A stretch of DNA of 59,086 nt, filler included, from Dirinaria sp. TL-2023a (lineage: Eukaryota): assembly GCA_051941275.1 (NCBI GenBank). It is 3 parts of 3 records of this genome, joined end to end, with 100 filler letters (N's around TTAATTAATTAA, not from the genome) between each part and the next. Parts side by side here need not be neighbours in the genome. Positions count along the whole stretch, not along the records: positions 19,756 to 39,378 come from JAVEBF010000322.1; 2 more parts are not named here. One strand, written 5' to 3'. Positions 26,401 through 37,341 of the stretch are shown here, piece after piece. The stretch's first letter is position 1. Every line of letters begins with the position of its first letter. Below the pieces are notes generated by a model. It saw nothing but the letters and a program-made list of their open reading frames with translations, was not told where the DNA came from and did not search any database. The position numbers were made by a program, and so were the translations under genes.

Positions 26401-27761
26401 CGCTACAAAAACAGGATTAAGGTCCGATATGGGGGAAGCGGTAGCCAAATTGCCAGCCGGAGTGCCCACGTTCCTGATCTGGCGGCCAGCGAAATATCGG
26501 ATTTGCTTGTGGATAGCTTTGAAAGGTTGTCCTTTGACAGCGCCATAGTGTTCAACGGCCTTCAGGCAGATCTCCTCGAGGTCTGTCAGTACTACGTTAC
26601 CGCCGATCTCAACATGATCGTTTCGGAAATAGTATTGACGTAGCTCAGCAATATCACCAACGTAAACAGATGCGGTATACTGCATAGCTTTGAACTTGAT
26701 TTCGATCTGGGTCTCGGTGCTACCTCCAATAACCTTGGAAGACGGATAGGCAGCTTTTATATCAAGGAGCTGCTGCAACGTCACTGGACGATACCATTTC
26801 TTGCGCTTGTTTCCAAAAGCAAGCGGCTTAAACTCGTGTTTTCTCAATGCAGGAGGGAAAATGAGCTCCGTATCTGGGTTGTATTCGATGAAGCCAGGAG
26901 GCGTGAAACGTTTAATTGTTTTCTCCGTCTGGGTACCATTGCCGTTCTGCATGCAGCAGCCATTTTTTGCCGCTGCATTTCCATTTTCCATACAGCATCC
27001 GCCTCCACCATTCACAGTTGCCTTGCCGCAAGCCTTTTCCCTACTGAAAGACTGAGCTGCATCGAGTATAGGTCTGTAGCCTGTGCATCGGCAAAGATTT
27101 CCATCGAAGGCTTCTTCCACCTCGAGTTCAGACGGGTCAACATCGTTTCTTAGCAGGGCGTACAGACTCTAAAGAGGAAGTGAGCTAGACCCTGGTCTCC
27201 GTGCTATAAGGTTCGTACCATAACTATGCCAGGTGTGCAGAAACCGCATTGGCTCCCACTACCCAATGCTATGCGCTCTTGCGCGGGATGGGGCTTCTTT
27301 ACATTCCCGATGCCTTCCACAGTGATGACATGCTTGCCGTCAACGCTCACCAGGGGTGCAAGACAAGCATTTACACTGGCATGGTAAACCCTTCCCGTGG
27401 TTGGATTGAGTTGTGAGACAACCTGTCAAGTGATAAGGGGCGGGTTCCCTGCTAGTCACAAGAAGGCTACGTACCACTGTGCAAGCACCGCAACCTTTAT
27501 ACCTATCAGCCGTCGACCTCAATATACTTTTCGATATCGTCTCTTACCTCCTTCAGCGCAACCAAGCTTAGTTCCAGTAAGGCCAATGCCTCTGAGATAT
27601 TCGAGCAGCGTTACCTCTGGATCAATTGACTCGTCCAGTACAACTTTGCTGCCGTTGAGGTAGAATCGAAGAGCATCGTCGTAGCCACTGGTCGCTGATT
27701 GCAATGAATGCACGCTTTGATCAGACACAGCGGGCTTGGGTTCTATCCGTCCCGGAGCCAT
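23451..27761 (-). CDS. hxA: Xanthine dehydrogenase (2x[2Fe-2S], FAD, Moco), 4 introns
   Basis: [26 protein letters not shown] and [14 protein letters not shown]e-S motifs; [58 protein letters not shown]. Confidence 0.97.
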
Positions 27762-27937
27762 CCTTGGCCTATTTCATAAGAAAGTGGCACCAATGGCAGA
27801 GGTTCGGTGAACAAGAAGGAATTGAGGAATGATACAAGTAGCAGGGACCGATTCAATTGAGAGAAATCTCAAACTATGAGCAGAAAACGCAAGGAGAGAG
27901 AATTGGAATCGTTGCTGTCAGGTTCTTGGTTGGTGTT

Positions 27938-27969
27938 CTTATCGCCACTTCTTCATCGGAGTACGCCGT
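27938..27969. promoter_or_regulatory. Putative GATA (AreA-type) site next to a UaY-type CGG-N6-CCG site upstream of hxA
   Basis: CTTATC (GATAAG on the minus strand) at 27938-27943 and TCGG-agtacg-CCGT at 27956-27969, ~180-200 bp upstream of the hxA ATG. Aspergillus purine-catabolism promoters use AreA plus UaY (TCGG-N6-CCGA). Confidence 0.55.
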
Positions 27970-28414
27970 CATGGGCATTTCGGTAGCAACCCCTTTTCAC
28001 TTACACTTGCACGTCCAATGAGAGTGTGAGAAGAAGATTCGCAAACCGTAGAATATTACTGCGTTTGATCTCTGATAGGATAGAATGGACCTCTTATAGA
28101 TTGATGTAGTCCTATCCCCAATGATCAGGCGGGGATAAGGCTTGCCTCAGTGAGGTTTTACCTTAGGGTACAGGTAAGTAGCAAACTAAAGTACCTACGG
28201 TACCTTAGTGAACTCTCATTATTCCCGCTCTGTGTCATATCTCATGTCCTCCTCGGTTCCCTTGGTCCCCTCGGCGCTCTTCCCAGATTTGCCAAGCTTT
28301 GCCAAGCCCCCGAGAAAACGAGTCAGCGAGTCAAGCGAGTAGTGAAACCAACTTCCATCGAAGTGGGAGTTTGCTTGAGATGACCGATTGTACCGGCCGC
28401 TCCAGAGAAACAAT

Positions 28415-29578
28415 ATGCGCCCCAAACTACACCTCTTTTCCCCGCGACAATATTCTGCTGTGCGAGCACGAGTCCCAAGGTATCAGGCACCACTCCCTCT
28501 GCACATCGCTTCACGAAGGTACATCACAGCCGACGAGAAACCGCTCCCCAAAGCAGAAGAAGGGGAAGCAGGGCCGAATGAGACTCAATTGCCTCATGTA
28601 AGCGAAGAAGCAGCCGCTACTGGAGAGATCACAGGTGAGGGTGGTCCCGAAATTGAAGAGCAAGGAACCCCCGTACAGGAGGTCTGTTGATTAAACGCTC
28701 TCTTCTCGGTTCGCACTTACACAGCGCATACAGATTCTCGACCGAGATGAGGAGAGCAAAGACAAAGCCCCCGAGGTGATGAAAAGAGGGTTGCAAAACA
28801 AACCACTCGATGGCACCAGGTCGTTCTCTACCTACGCAAGACGAAGAGCCGAGCTCGCCGTGACCGAAGCAAGAGATTCGGACATCGAACAGGACGTGGA
28901 ACAGGATGTCGAACAAAAAGGGCATATCTTCGATTTACCCTCCCTTCCACTGCCTAGCAACGCCAATATCAAGCACCGTTTTGATCCCGTCGTACAGCAG
29001 GTGACGGCTCTCATCATGCGAGATGGCAAGCTAGCTTTAGCTCAGAGGGTACGGTCGCCAGTGCCACTTTTCTACACTGGGCACATTCTGCGCTTTCCGA
29101 GATCATTGTTGCTAATTCAGCTAACTCACAGAACATGGCTACGATACTCAACCAATTACGAACTGCCTCACCGCCCACCGTCAATCCTACCCGACCTCTA
29201 GTGCATGGTGCGCCTCCTGCCTCCCACTTGCCGCTCAATCCAGCTCTATACATGACGGTTGCAATTGATTCGGTAGCCCCACTATTCCGTATAAGAGCTG
29301 TCAAAGGTGTAGCAGGTGGTGGTATGGCATTGCAGGTACCGGCACCTCTATCAACGAAACAGCGGCGACGGCGGGCATTCATGTGGATCTTAGACGCTGC
29401 AAGCAAGCGGAGAACGAGAGGCAGTGGCAGGGATGGGTTTGCTCAAAAAATTGCAGAGGAGATAGTAGCGGTAGTCGAAGGCCGAAGCGGAGTCTGGGAT
29501 CGCAAAGGCGGCGTGCATAAGTTAGGCGTTTCTTCACGTGCAAACATCAATTTCAAAAGGTTTACAGGTCGTAGATAG
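28415..29578 (+). CDS. RSM7: Mitochondrial small-subunit ribosomal protein uS7m, 2 introns
   Basis: Arg-rich presequence; IMRDGKLALAQR, AIDSVAPL, GGGMALQVPAPLSTKQRRRRAFMWILDA and EIVAVVEGRSGVWDRK...HK...RAN motifs. Confidence 0.92.
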
Positions 29579-29920
29579 AGCCAAAGAAAATGCGATCATT
29601 TTGTACATAAGGTTGCTATTTCGCTGGCTCAGCGGTTAGTCGAGACATTTACTTTCACAGTGTTTGCCGTGCGTAAGTCGGACCCTTGGGGCGCTTTGTA
29701 GATTAGGTAAGCCTCGGCTGAACCTGCATCTACTTACTGAGCTACGTTACCCGCGTCCTGCTGCGCGTCACTCTGAGGTTTTTGACCTACTCAGTACCTT
29801 ACTTACTATACCTCACTTTATGTGAGAATCCGGGCATAGCAGCCTCATTCAGTAGTAGTAGTGGAGAGCTAAAATCCAATCACTCATAAGCCGCCCACCT
29901 TCCATACGAACCAAGCCATC

Positions 29921-31178
29921 ATGGACGAAGTTTCAGCCTCTCCTCCTACTAAAATCGACCCTTACAAAACCCTTGGCATTCCAACGAAAGCAAGCGCTCC
30001 TGAGGTCAAAACCGCGTACAAAAAGCTCGCTTTGAAGCACCATCCAGGTACACCGTCGTTGCCAAGTTACCATGAGCAGTAACACGATGCAAAGCTCAGT
30101 GTTCTGACTGAGCTCTATAGACAAAGTCGCCTCGAAAGACCGCTCTGCTGCGCATACGAAATTCCAGGAAATTGCCTTGGCCTATGCGGTACTGTCGGAT
30201 GAGGCGAGACGTGCGCGTTATGACACCACCGGCTCAACGTCAGAGTCCTTGTCTGATGACTTCAACTGGGCCTCATTCTTCAAAGCACAGTTTGCTGAGA
30301 CCGTTACTGTTGAGAAACTCGACCAGCTCAAAGATAACTATCAAGGATCTGACGAGGAAAAGCGAGATATACTTGACGCCTACAAGAAGTACAAGGGCAA
30401 TTTGAACAAGGTTTTCTCGGAGATCATGCTGAGCAACGTGCTCGATGACGAGGCCCGCTTTAGGGAAATCATAGACGGAGCTATTGCTGCTGGAGAGGTT
30501 CAAGGCTTCGACGCATATGTCAAAGAATCCCATCAGTCGAAAGATAAGCGACGGAGGAAGGCCAATTTGGAGGCTGCCGAGGTCGTCCAACATGCCAAGG
30601 ATTCTGGGGTGTACGAGAGCGTATTTGGAGATAAGACTGGAGGCAAGAAAAGCTCTCTGGCCGATATGATACAGCAGAGGCAGAAAGAGCGTGCTTCAAC
30701 GTTCTTGGACGATCTGGAGGCAAAGTACGGTGGGAAGGGGCAACCGAATGGGCAAAATAAGAGTAAAAAGCGAAAGCAAAATAGCGAGCCGCCAGAAGAA
30801 GCCTTTTGGACTAATGGAGCAAAGCATAAGAGACGCAAAGCATCTAAAGATGCTGAAGAGCTCGATGGATTTGTAGAGGAGGATAAAGATCCAGAGCCAC
30901 CTAAGGAGGACGTCCCAGAGGAAGCTTTCGAAGCAATGGGGGCTCGCACCCGGAAACCTCGAAAATCTCGGCAACCTCGGAAAGCTCCGAAAGCTCAGCT
31001 CTCGGGGAGAGAATCTGATGCAGAGGAAAGTTTAGGAGAAATGGACTCTGACGATGAGGAGGTCGAGGAGGTAGAATCGGAGGAAGACGATGTGAAGCTC
31101 AGGAACAAACCGGAGTCAGATTCCAGGATCAAGAAGAAACGTTCCCAACGCAAGAAGCGTGGGCGACGGTCGAGATGA
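29921..31178 (+). CDS. J-domain protein, DNAJC9-like, intron 30048-30120
   Basis: DPYKTLGI...VKTAYKKLALKHHP|DK (HPD motif across the intron), FQEIALAYAVLSDEARRARYDTTG, YQGSDEEKRDI and FLDDLEAKYG; basic/acidic tail. Confidence 0.9.
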
Positions 31179-31696
31179 TTTCAAGTGGCGCTACTTCAGC
31201 GACGGCTTAAGGGTAGTTCAAAAATCCGCTGAGGAATGATTCGCGGATTTTCATCAAGCATCTTCCTTAACTTCCAACCCTGATTCTTGAAATGCTATCA
31301 AACAACCCTGTGACAGAGCGTCTTCTCCAGGAAGTGGTTCGCGATGAGGCAATGCCTTTCACAAGCCGGCCACAAAAAGCCCGCATAAGGAGATATTTGA
31401 CATACCCAACTAAGTAACATCAATGTGGATCGTTGTGCTCGATTCCTATCGAAGGTGTTTGGACTTGCTTCCCAGAAATGCAAATTGAATTTACTAGGTC
31501 ATGATACAGAAGTACCGTAGCTATGTTATGTTATATCGCCTTCCACCAAATAAGGATTCATCCAAACATTCGTTAGTTTAGGGCTGTATCAGGTTTCGTC
31601 CTTATCCATGTCCACCTCACGTTTCCTTACCCGAGCCCTGACTCTGGCTGATTGTTCATCACTGTTCGAAGCCAAGGCCTCAGGCTGGAGACTGCC

Positions 31697-32224
31697 ATGG
31701 CCTACAACTATCCAATAGAGCCACTAGATCACGGTGCGTACATGGAATTCGCCCTCTCCCTAGCGAAAGAATCACCACCAAAGCCGACCAATTTCCGAGT
31801 CGGCGCTGTCCTTGTCGACGAAGGCTCAAACCGTATCCTTGCTACGGGATACACTCTAGAACTGGAGGGGAATACTCATGCCGAGCAATGCTGCTTCAGA
31901 AAGTTCGCGCAAGCGGAGAAAGTCCCTGAAGAGCAAGTCGGCCAGAATCTTCCGCGCAATTCGGTCCTCTACACTACCATGGAGCCATGCAATGAACGAT
32001 CAGTTGGTAACATGCCTTGCGTTGACCGGATCCTCCAGACTCTGAAAAGTGCCAGTGGTGGTGTCAAGACTGTCTATTTGGGAGTTGCAGAACCACAGAC
32101 CTTCGTCAGTAAGAATAGTGGGAGGTCGAAGCTCGAGGCGGCAGGCGTAGTGTGCATTGAGGTCCCTGGATTCGAGAAAGAGATCCTGGAAGTAGCGACA
32201 ATTGGCCATACCAAGGCTGAATGA
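31697..32224 (+). CDS. Cytidine-deaminase-fold DRAP deaminase (RIB2 C-terminal-domain-like, riboflavin synthesis)
   Basis: SPPKPTNFRVGAVL, TGYTLELEGNTHAEQ (HxE) and LYTTMEPC...PC zinc ligands. Confidence 0.85.
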   Translation: MAYNYPIEPLDHGAYMEFALSLAKESPPKPTNFRVGAVLVDEGSNRILATGYTLELEGNTHAEQCCFRKFAQAEKVPEEQVGQNLPRNSVLYTTMEPCNERSVGNMPCVDRILQTLKSASGGVKTVYLGVAEPQTFVSKNSGRSKLEAAGVVCIEVPGFEKEILEVATIGHTKAE

Positions 32225-32486
32225 TGATTCGGACTATGAATCAAGAGTTTAGTTCATCCCATACCAATGTCACGTGTTTCCGTGGCTCGCTTGTGTCACA
32301 GCGTCCTCTCCAAAAGCCAAGTATCGAAAATTACACCCGTTCGGCCCGTCCCCGATGATGTTCATCCGCCTCGATCATGATGTCAGTCCCTCTATGACGA
32401 ACCTGAAGGGTCCATGAGGCGTTCGAAATGTTACTGCCTCCTGCCCAGAGACACAGTAAGTATTAATCAGTTCATTCGTGCTCTAC

Positions 32487-33513
32487 ATGCGTCTTCCAAT
32501 TACACCCCCCACCATCTCAAGAAGCATCCGAGCAATCACACCCACATCCACATCCACGAGCATTTTCCTCGCAGCAAGAGCCAGCAAATTTGCGCCAGTT
32601 CTTCAAAACCGCAATATGACTACCGGTATTTTTACTGTAGCTCCAATTCGTCATTCGTACTCCAGCTAAGCCTTGGTAGTTGGGGATGACGTGAAGTCAA
32701 ACATTGAGAGCACCAACATCAAGACAGCTAGCGGTGTTTCGCTCGATGAGCACCAGCATACGCTCGTGGGCAGCGTTCTGGATGTATGTGTGGCGTTGAG
32801 CATATCTATCCAGCATTTTGCTAATGCATGAATCAGCTTTTCGCAGGTCGACCATCCTTAAAGAAGCTCTCACTATGGGACGACGAGGGAGTTTTCGAAG
32901 ACCCTCTCACAATTGCTACTGGACGCAAGCAGTACGAGCCTCAATGGGTTAGCACGTTCTTCACCCGTCGCTACCTCATGCTAACAAACCAATTAGTACG
33001 GGCTACAGACGGCTTTCAAGGAAATCGAGCGGCTCGGTCATGAGGTGACGGACGCTGGCAACCCCATCGGCCTAGATCTCAAGACCCGCTATGTAGTCAA
33101 GGGCATTGGCAAGGAGCAAGTGATCTCCAGCAAAGTCCAGATTTACTACGACAAGGCCACTGGGAAAATCACCAAAGTCCAGGACAAGTGGGACGGCAGT
33201 CTGCCCGATAGCTCTTTCACCAACGTAAGTCTTGGCCAATTGTTCAGTCTTTGGTGGTGGGTCCATTATTACGAGGGCTGGGCGTGGTGGATGTGGAGTT
33301 TCACTTGGGACACGTGGTGGTGGCAGGTGCGTGTTTTGCCTGCCACGTGTGACCCAGTGGAAAAACGAGTTGACGCCCACCTTTTAAATGAAAGGTTTGC
33401 TAATGGTGTATTTGTACGTACAGGTGTTCCGCCAACTCAACTCGGTGTCTGTGCCGAAGATGGTCGGTGTGCCGAAGAATGACGAGGAAGACGCGAAAAG
33501 AGGTAATCAGTAG
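32487..33513 (+). CDS. Conserved fungal protein (possibly SnoaL/NTF2-like); in-frame ATGs at 32487 and 32616; 4 introns, the last with alternative donors at 33225 and 33327
   Basis: Spliced frame MTTVGDDVKSNIESTNIKTASGVSLDEHQHTLVGSVLD|LFAGRPSLKKLSLWDDEGVFEDPLTIATGRKQYEPQW|YGLQTAFKEIERL...KITKVQDKWDG...|VFRQLNSVSVPKMVGVPKNDEEDAKRGNQ*; canonical donors, branch points and acceptors. Confidence 0.8.
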
Positions 33514-34513
33514 ATGCAAGCGATTGTCGGTTACAACAAGTTATTGGCAAGTACCTCGAGTCGCACCATCTGACCGTCGAAAGACGTGGACTGCAACCTG
33601 AAAATCTCGCTATTTATTGAAATCTTTCAGTAACTGAGTTCTGTTTTCTGTCTTGAATTGGTACGCACTAAACATGGTTGCGGCCGTTTGCTATCTCCAT
33701 CATAGTGCATCATGTACGTTCATAACGTACACTATTTTAAAGCTATATTGAGATCAATATTTCTTTATCAGCTTTAATCTACTGACTATCGATCCGACAA
33801 TGGCGATACCGCTACTACACTTGCCATCAGAGCTCCTTCTAAATCAGCATGATATGAGGTCCGGCTCTAGATGAATTTGAAGATGAATCGAAAACCTGTC
33901 TACGAAAGCTTTGTCTATATCGGATACGGCTCAGAAGTCAAGTCATGTTACAATCACTACATTAATACTTTCCTTTTTAATTATCTAAGAATAAAGTTGA
34001 TCTACTAGGCAATTTCCTTGCCTGCACTCTTGATGAATTTGAACGAACAATTTCGAGTGCCGTGGCCATAGCATGAGATGCTGCTAGCAATAGCATGCAA
34101 ATTTAGTGGGAGGTGGTGAAGATTGATATGCTTGTTTTTGGAGCGTTGACGTGGTTTTAGAGGTTAAGTATTCGACTATGTTGTGGAAAAATACCTGACT
34201 GTTGATAAGCAACGTCCGAGAGCTATTGCAGCACAGATAGAAGGGCTCGGAGGCGGTGCATTAAGTGGTTATTAAGCTACAGCTCTCACACTACTCTATG
34301 TGAAGAATATCTTAGCCTCAAGACAGGTACCAGAGCTGCAAAATCACTTGCAGGGCTCCTAGAATCAGCAGCGATGCTCCGTCGGGCGACTACAGAAGTC
34401 CCAGCTTCAAAACCCAAATGCCAACCGTTCCGGCGACTTACTCGCAGTCACTAGAGGAGACAGCGCCAGGTCAAGCCCTATGAAAGATAGGAAAAGGAAA
34501 AGGTCTGCTCATA

Positions 34514-36127
34514 TTACGATTCACCGAATTCATAGCCACTGTATCTTTCCGACCTGATATTGGCAAGCGCGGCACGATACCTCGACAAACCTCCGAAGTA
34601 GAGTCGCGGCGCGACCTTCTTCCCCGGAATGTTTTCTCCAAAGAGCCACGAGCCTGTTTTCGAAAAGAGTGTCGCTCCGGCGATAGTCTCTAACTGTTCT
34701 TGCCACTTATCTTCGGCCTCTGGTGTGTTCTCAATCACTCCCGTACCGGTACCGCTCTTGCGGATTGCCTCTGCATGGGCGATCAAATCTGCTACAAATC
34801 GAGCGCCCTCTTCTGTTGCAGGTGGATTGTTGGCAAAGGGAGCCCCGGGCCCATTAACAAACAATAGATTTGGAAACTCTGAGGTGGTTATCCCTGTATG
34901 TGTCTTTGGGCCCTCGGCCCATTGATCTCGCAAAATTTTGTTTCCACGTCCCCTGATATCGATACGGGTATAAGAACCGTCAATTGCGTCAAAACCTGTT
35001 GCGAAGACGATCAGATCTGCCGGGTGGCTTTTGCCATCAGCTGTCGTTATACCATTAGAGGTCACGGCTGTTATGGGACTCTTTTTCAAGTCCACAGCGG
35101 AAACATTATCTTGGTTGAAACGTTCGTAATAGAAATCGTCCGTCAATGGTCGGCGGACGAATCAGTCGGAGGAAGACAGCACTTCAACCGTTTGAGGATC
35201 TTTGACAATCTCCTTGATCTTACTATGAATGAACTTGATCGCCTCTTTGTTCGCAGCTTCGTCAACCGCAAGGTCTGAAAACCCGCCGAACAAGAATCGA
35301 AATCCGCTTCCTTGGTCCCACAGGCTCTGGAATATCGCCTCTCTGTCCTTTGCAGAAACGGAGAAGACCGGTCGCGCAGGCTCAGCGAAACCAAAGCCCG
35401 CGGTCGACGTGAAAACATCTCGCCAAATTTCATCATATCGGGCATTAATGGCTCTGCGCTCTGCCGCATCGACCGGTCGAAGCGCGGCTGGCAGAATATA
35501 CTGCGCGTGCCTGATGAAGTGCGTCAGAGTTTTGGCATGTCCACCAAGCGAGCCGACCAGCTGAACACCAGAAGCACCGCTACCAATGATAGCTACGTGT
35601 TTGTCCTTGTACTCAATCTCCGGAGTCCACGTGGAACTATGTGTTGTCTGTCCCTGGAATTTTTCTAGGCCGGGAATGTCTGGCACGTTCTTCCTGTACA
35701 AAATCCCGATCGCGGTCACGAGGTAGCGGACCGCGAAAACGTCGCCGGTACTGACTTTGACCAGCCACAATTTGCGGTTCTCATCCCATGTCGCATCCGT
35801 GAGATCGGTGCTGAACTGGATATGCCGGTACAGATCATGCTTACGCGCCACTTCTTGGAAGTAGGCTTGGATTTCGGCCTGAGTCAGGTAGTTGTTTGGC
35901 CATGGAGACGACTGAAGCAGCTCCTTGTCCCACGAATAGCGATAGACGTAACTCTCGACGTCGCTTCGGGCTCCGGGATAGCGGTTCCAGTGCCACGTTC
36001 CCCCGACATCAGCTGCGTAATCGATGGCATGAACTTCAAGCCCTAGTTGCTTGATCAAATGCAGCGCATACAGTCCGCCAAAACCAGTGCCTACAACCAA
36101 TGCGTCGTAATATTTTTCAGCGGTCAT
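34514..36127 (-). pseudogene. Type I Baeyer-Villiger monooxygenase (cyclohexanone monooxygenase-like), intronless, interrupted by one in-frame TGA at 35162-35164
   Basis: GTGFGG and GSGASG Rossmann motifs, GGTWHWNRYPGARSD, BVMO fingerprint FQGQTTHSSTW and ATGFD. ORFs 36169-35162 and 35146-34514 are in the same frame: VEVLSSSD*FVRRPLTDDFYYE. Confidence 0.85.
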
Positions 36128-36685
36128 ACTTCTCGCAGAGCTAAGTATATCGGCTCCCAAGAAATCCACAATCCACCTACAAAGAGGTGATGGATTTCTT
36201 TGAGCGGCATTTGCATTGGCTGCTTTAATGGGATGATACGCTGCCCCTCGTGCCCGTTACTCCAACAGCTTGAGGTGGTGCAATTTGCATGAGGCATGAC
36301 ATCATCCAAAGGGTCGAGATGGCGTGCTTCGAGATAACGAGCCCGCGGCCCAGGGTAGAGGGACTGAGGGAGGCGTCCAAGCCACGCGGCTGCATATCTC
36401 ACCAGACTGGAAAAAAAAGGCATCGATTTGTAGATGTCGATGTTGATTACTCGGGGTTCTGCATCTGCATGTCGAGGATCCAGATCTCAGTGCTCGCAAG
36501 ATGGCCCTGACACCATCGCCCTCGTATGGATTATGCTAGCCCTGAGGCGACATCTAGACCTGACTATGTATCTCGGGCAAGACGACCTCCTCCGACACTA
36601 GGCCAGCGGGTGACTCGCCAGTGTTCGGTGTAGTCATGCCACTTGATTCCTCCCCTCCTGGAGCTTGACGCCATTTCGCAACAAG

Positions 36686-37341
36686 TCAGATTTTCTTTAC
36701 TCCTTCGTCGAATAAGGGGCAAAAGTTCGCCACACATTGGCAACGGCCACAAGACCCACTGCCCAGCAAATGTGGCGATTCCCCAGATAAGCGCGATTTT
36801 GCCACATACTTCTCATGAATGCAGCTCTCTCGCGTGTAAAGTAAGCATCTACCATCGAAGGTCGACATCTTGATACCGACGTTGCCATGCTCCTTGTCCT
36901 CGATGCACTCGATGCTAAGTTAGCTTTGACCATTTGAAATCAGTTTCAGGCCAAATGATCATTTCAGCAAAAACGAAAAAGCTGATTGCACTGACAGCAC
37001 AAGAAATTGACAAGAGACCACTAGCAACGCTGAGAATCAACATAAAAGAGAAGAATACTAACCGTAGGGGAGGACGAGACCACTAAACACTTCTTCTTGT
37101 GTCACTGTCAGAAAATTTCCTGGCAATCATAAGGTTGCGATACAGACGTTTTGGTAACCTTTCTGCCTGTTCCCAAAACGCATTTCAGTTGTTTTGTTAC
37201 AAAAATCATGCCTGAGAATGTCAGTGCTGATAAGATCTACCCTTGGGGCTTTCACGTACCCATAGCAAAGGCCGCGCCCAATGCAAAAACAGCTCCATAT
37301 CCAACACCCTGAGAAAGCGAAGGTGGTGGTAGACCTGACAT
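36686..37341 (-). pseudogene. Collapsed relic of a DUR3/UreA-type urea/polyamine sodium:solute symporter gene
   Basis: ATG 37341 gives MSGLPPPSLSQGVGYGAVFALGAAFAM|intron|GMIFVTKQLK (DUR3-like N-terminus). Around 36803-36731 the minus strand reads GKIALIWGIATFAGQWVLWPLPMCG and, frameshifted, VANFCPLFDEGVKKI* (DUR3-like C-terminal helices). The central part is missing. Confidence 0.75.

Noticed and set aside
32349..32410. Box C/D snoRNA-like pattern (ATGATGT...ATGATGT...CTGA with short CCC/GGG ends)
   Set aside because: Imperfect C boxes, short length and no rRNA-complementary guide that I could identify; equally consistent with CRE-like promoter motifs.
36128..36169. ORF-track N-terminal extensions from GTG/TTG starts (BVMO, MFS 3686, deaminase 31652, RSM7 28388)
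   Set aside because: Eukaryotic genes; downstream ATGs match the expected family starts.
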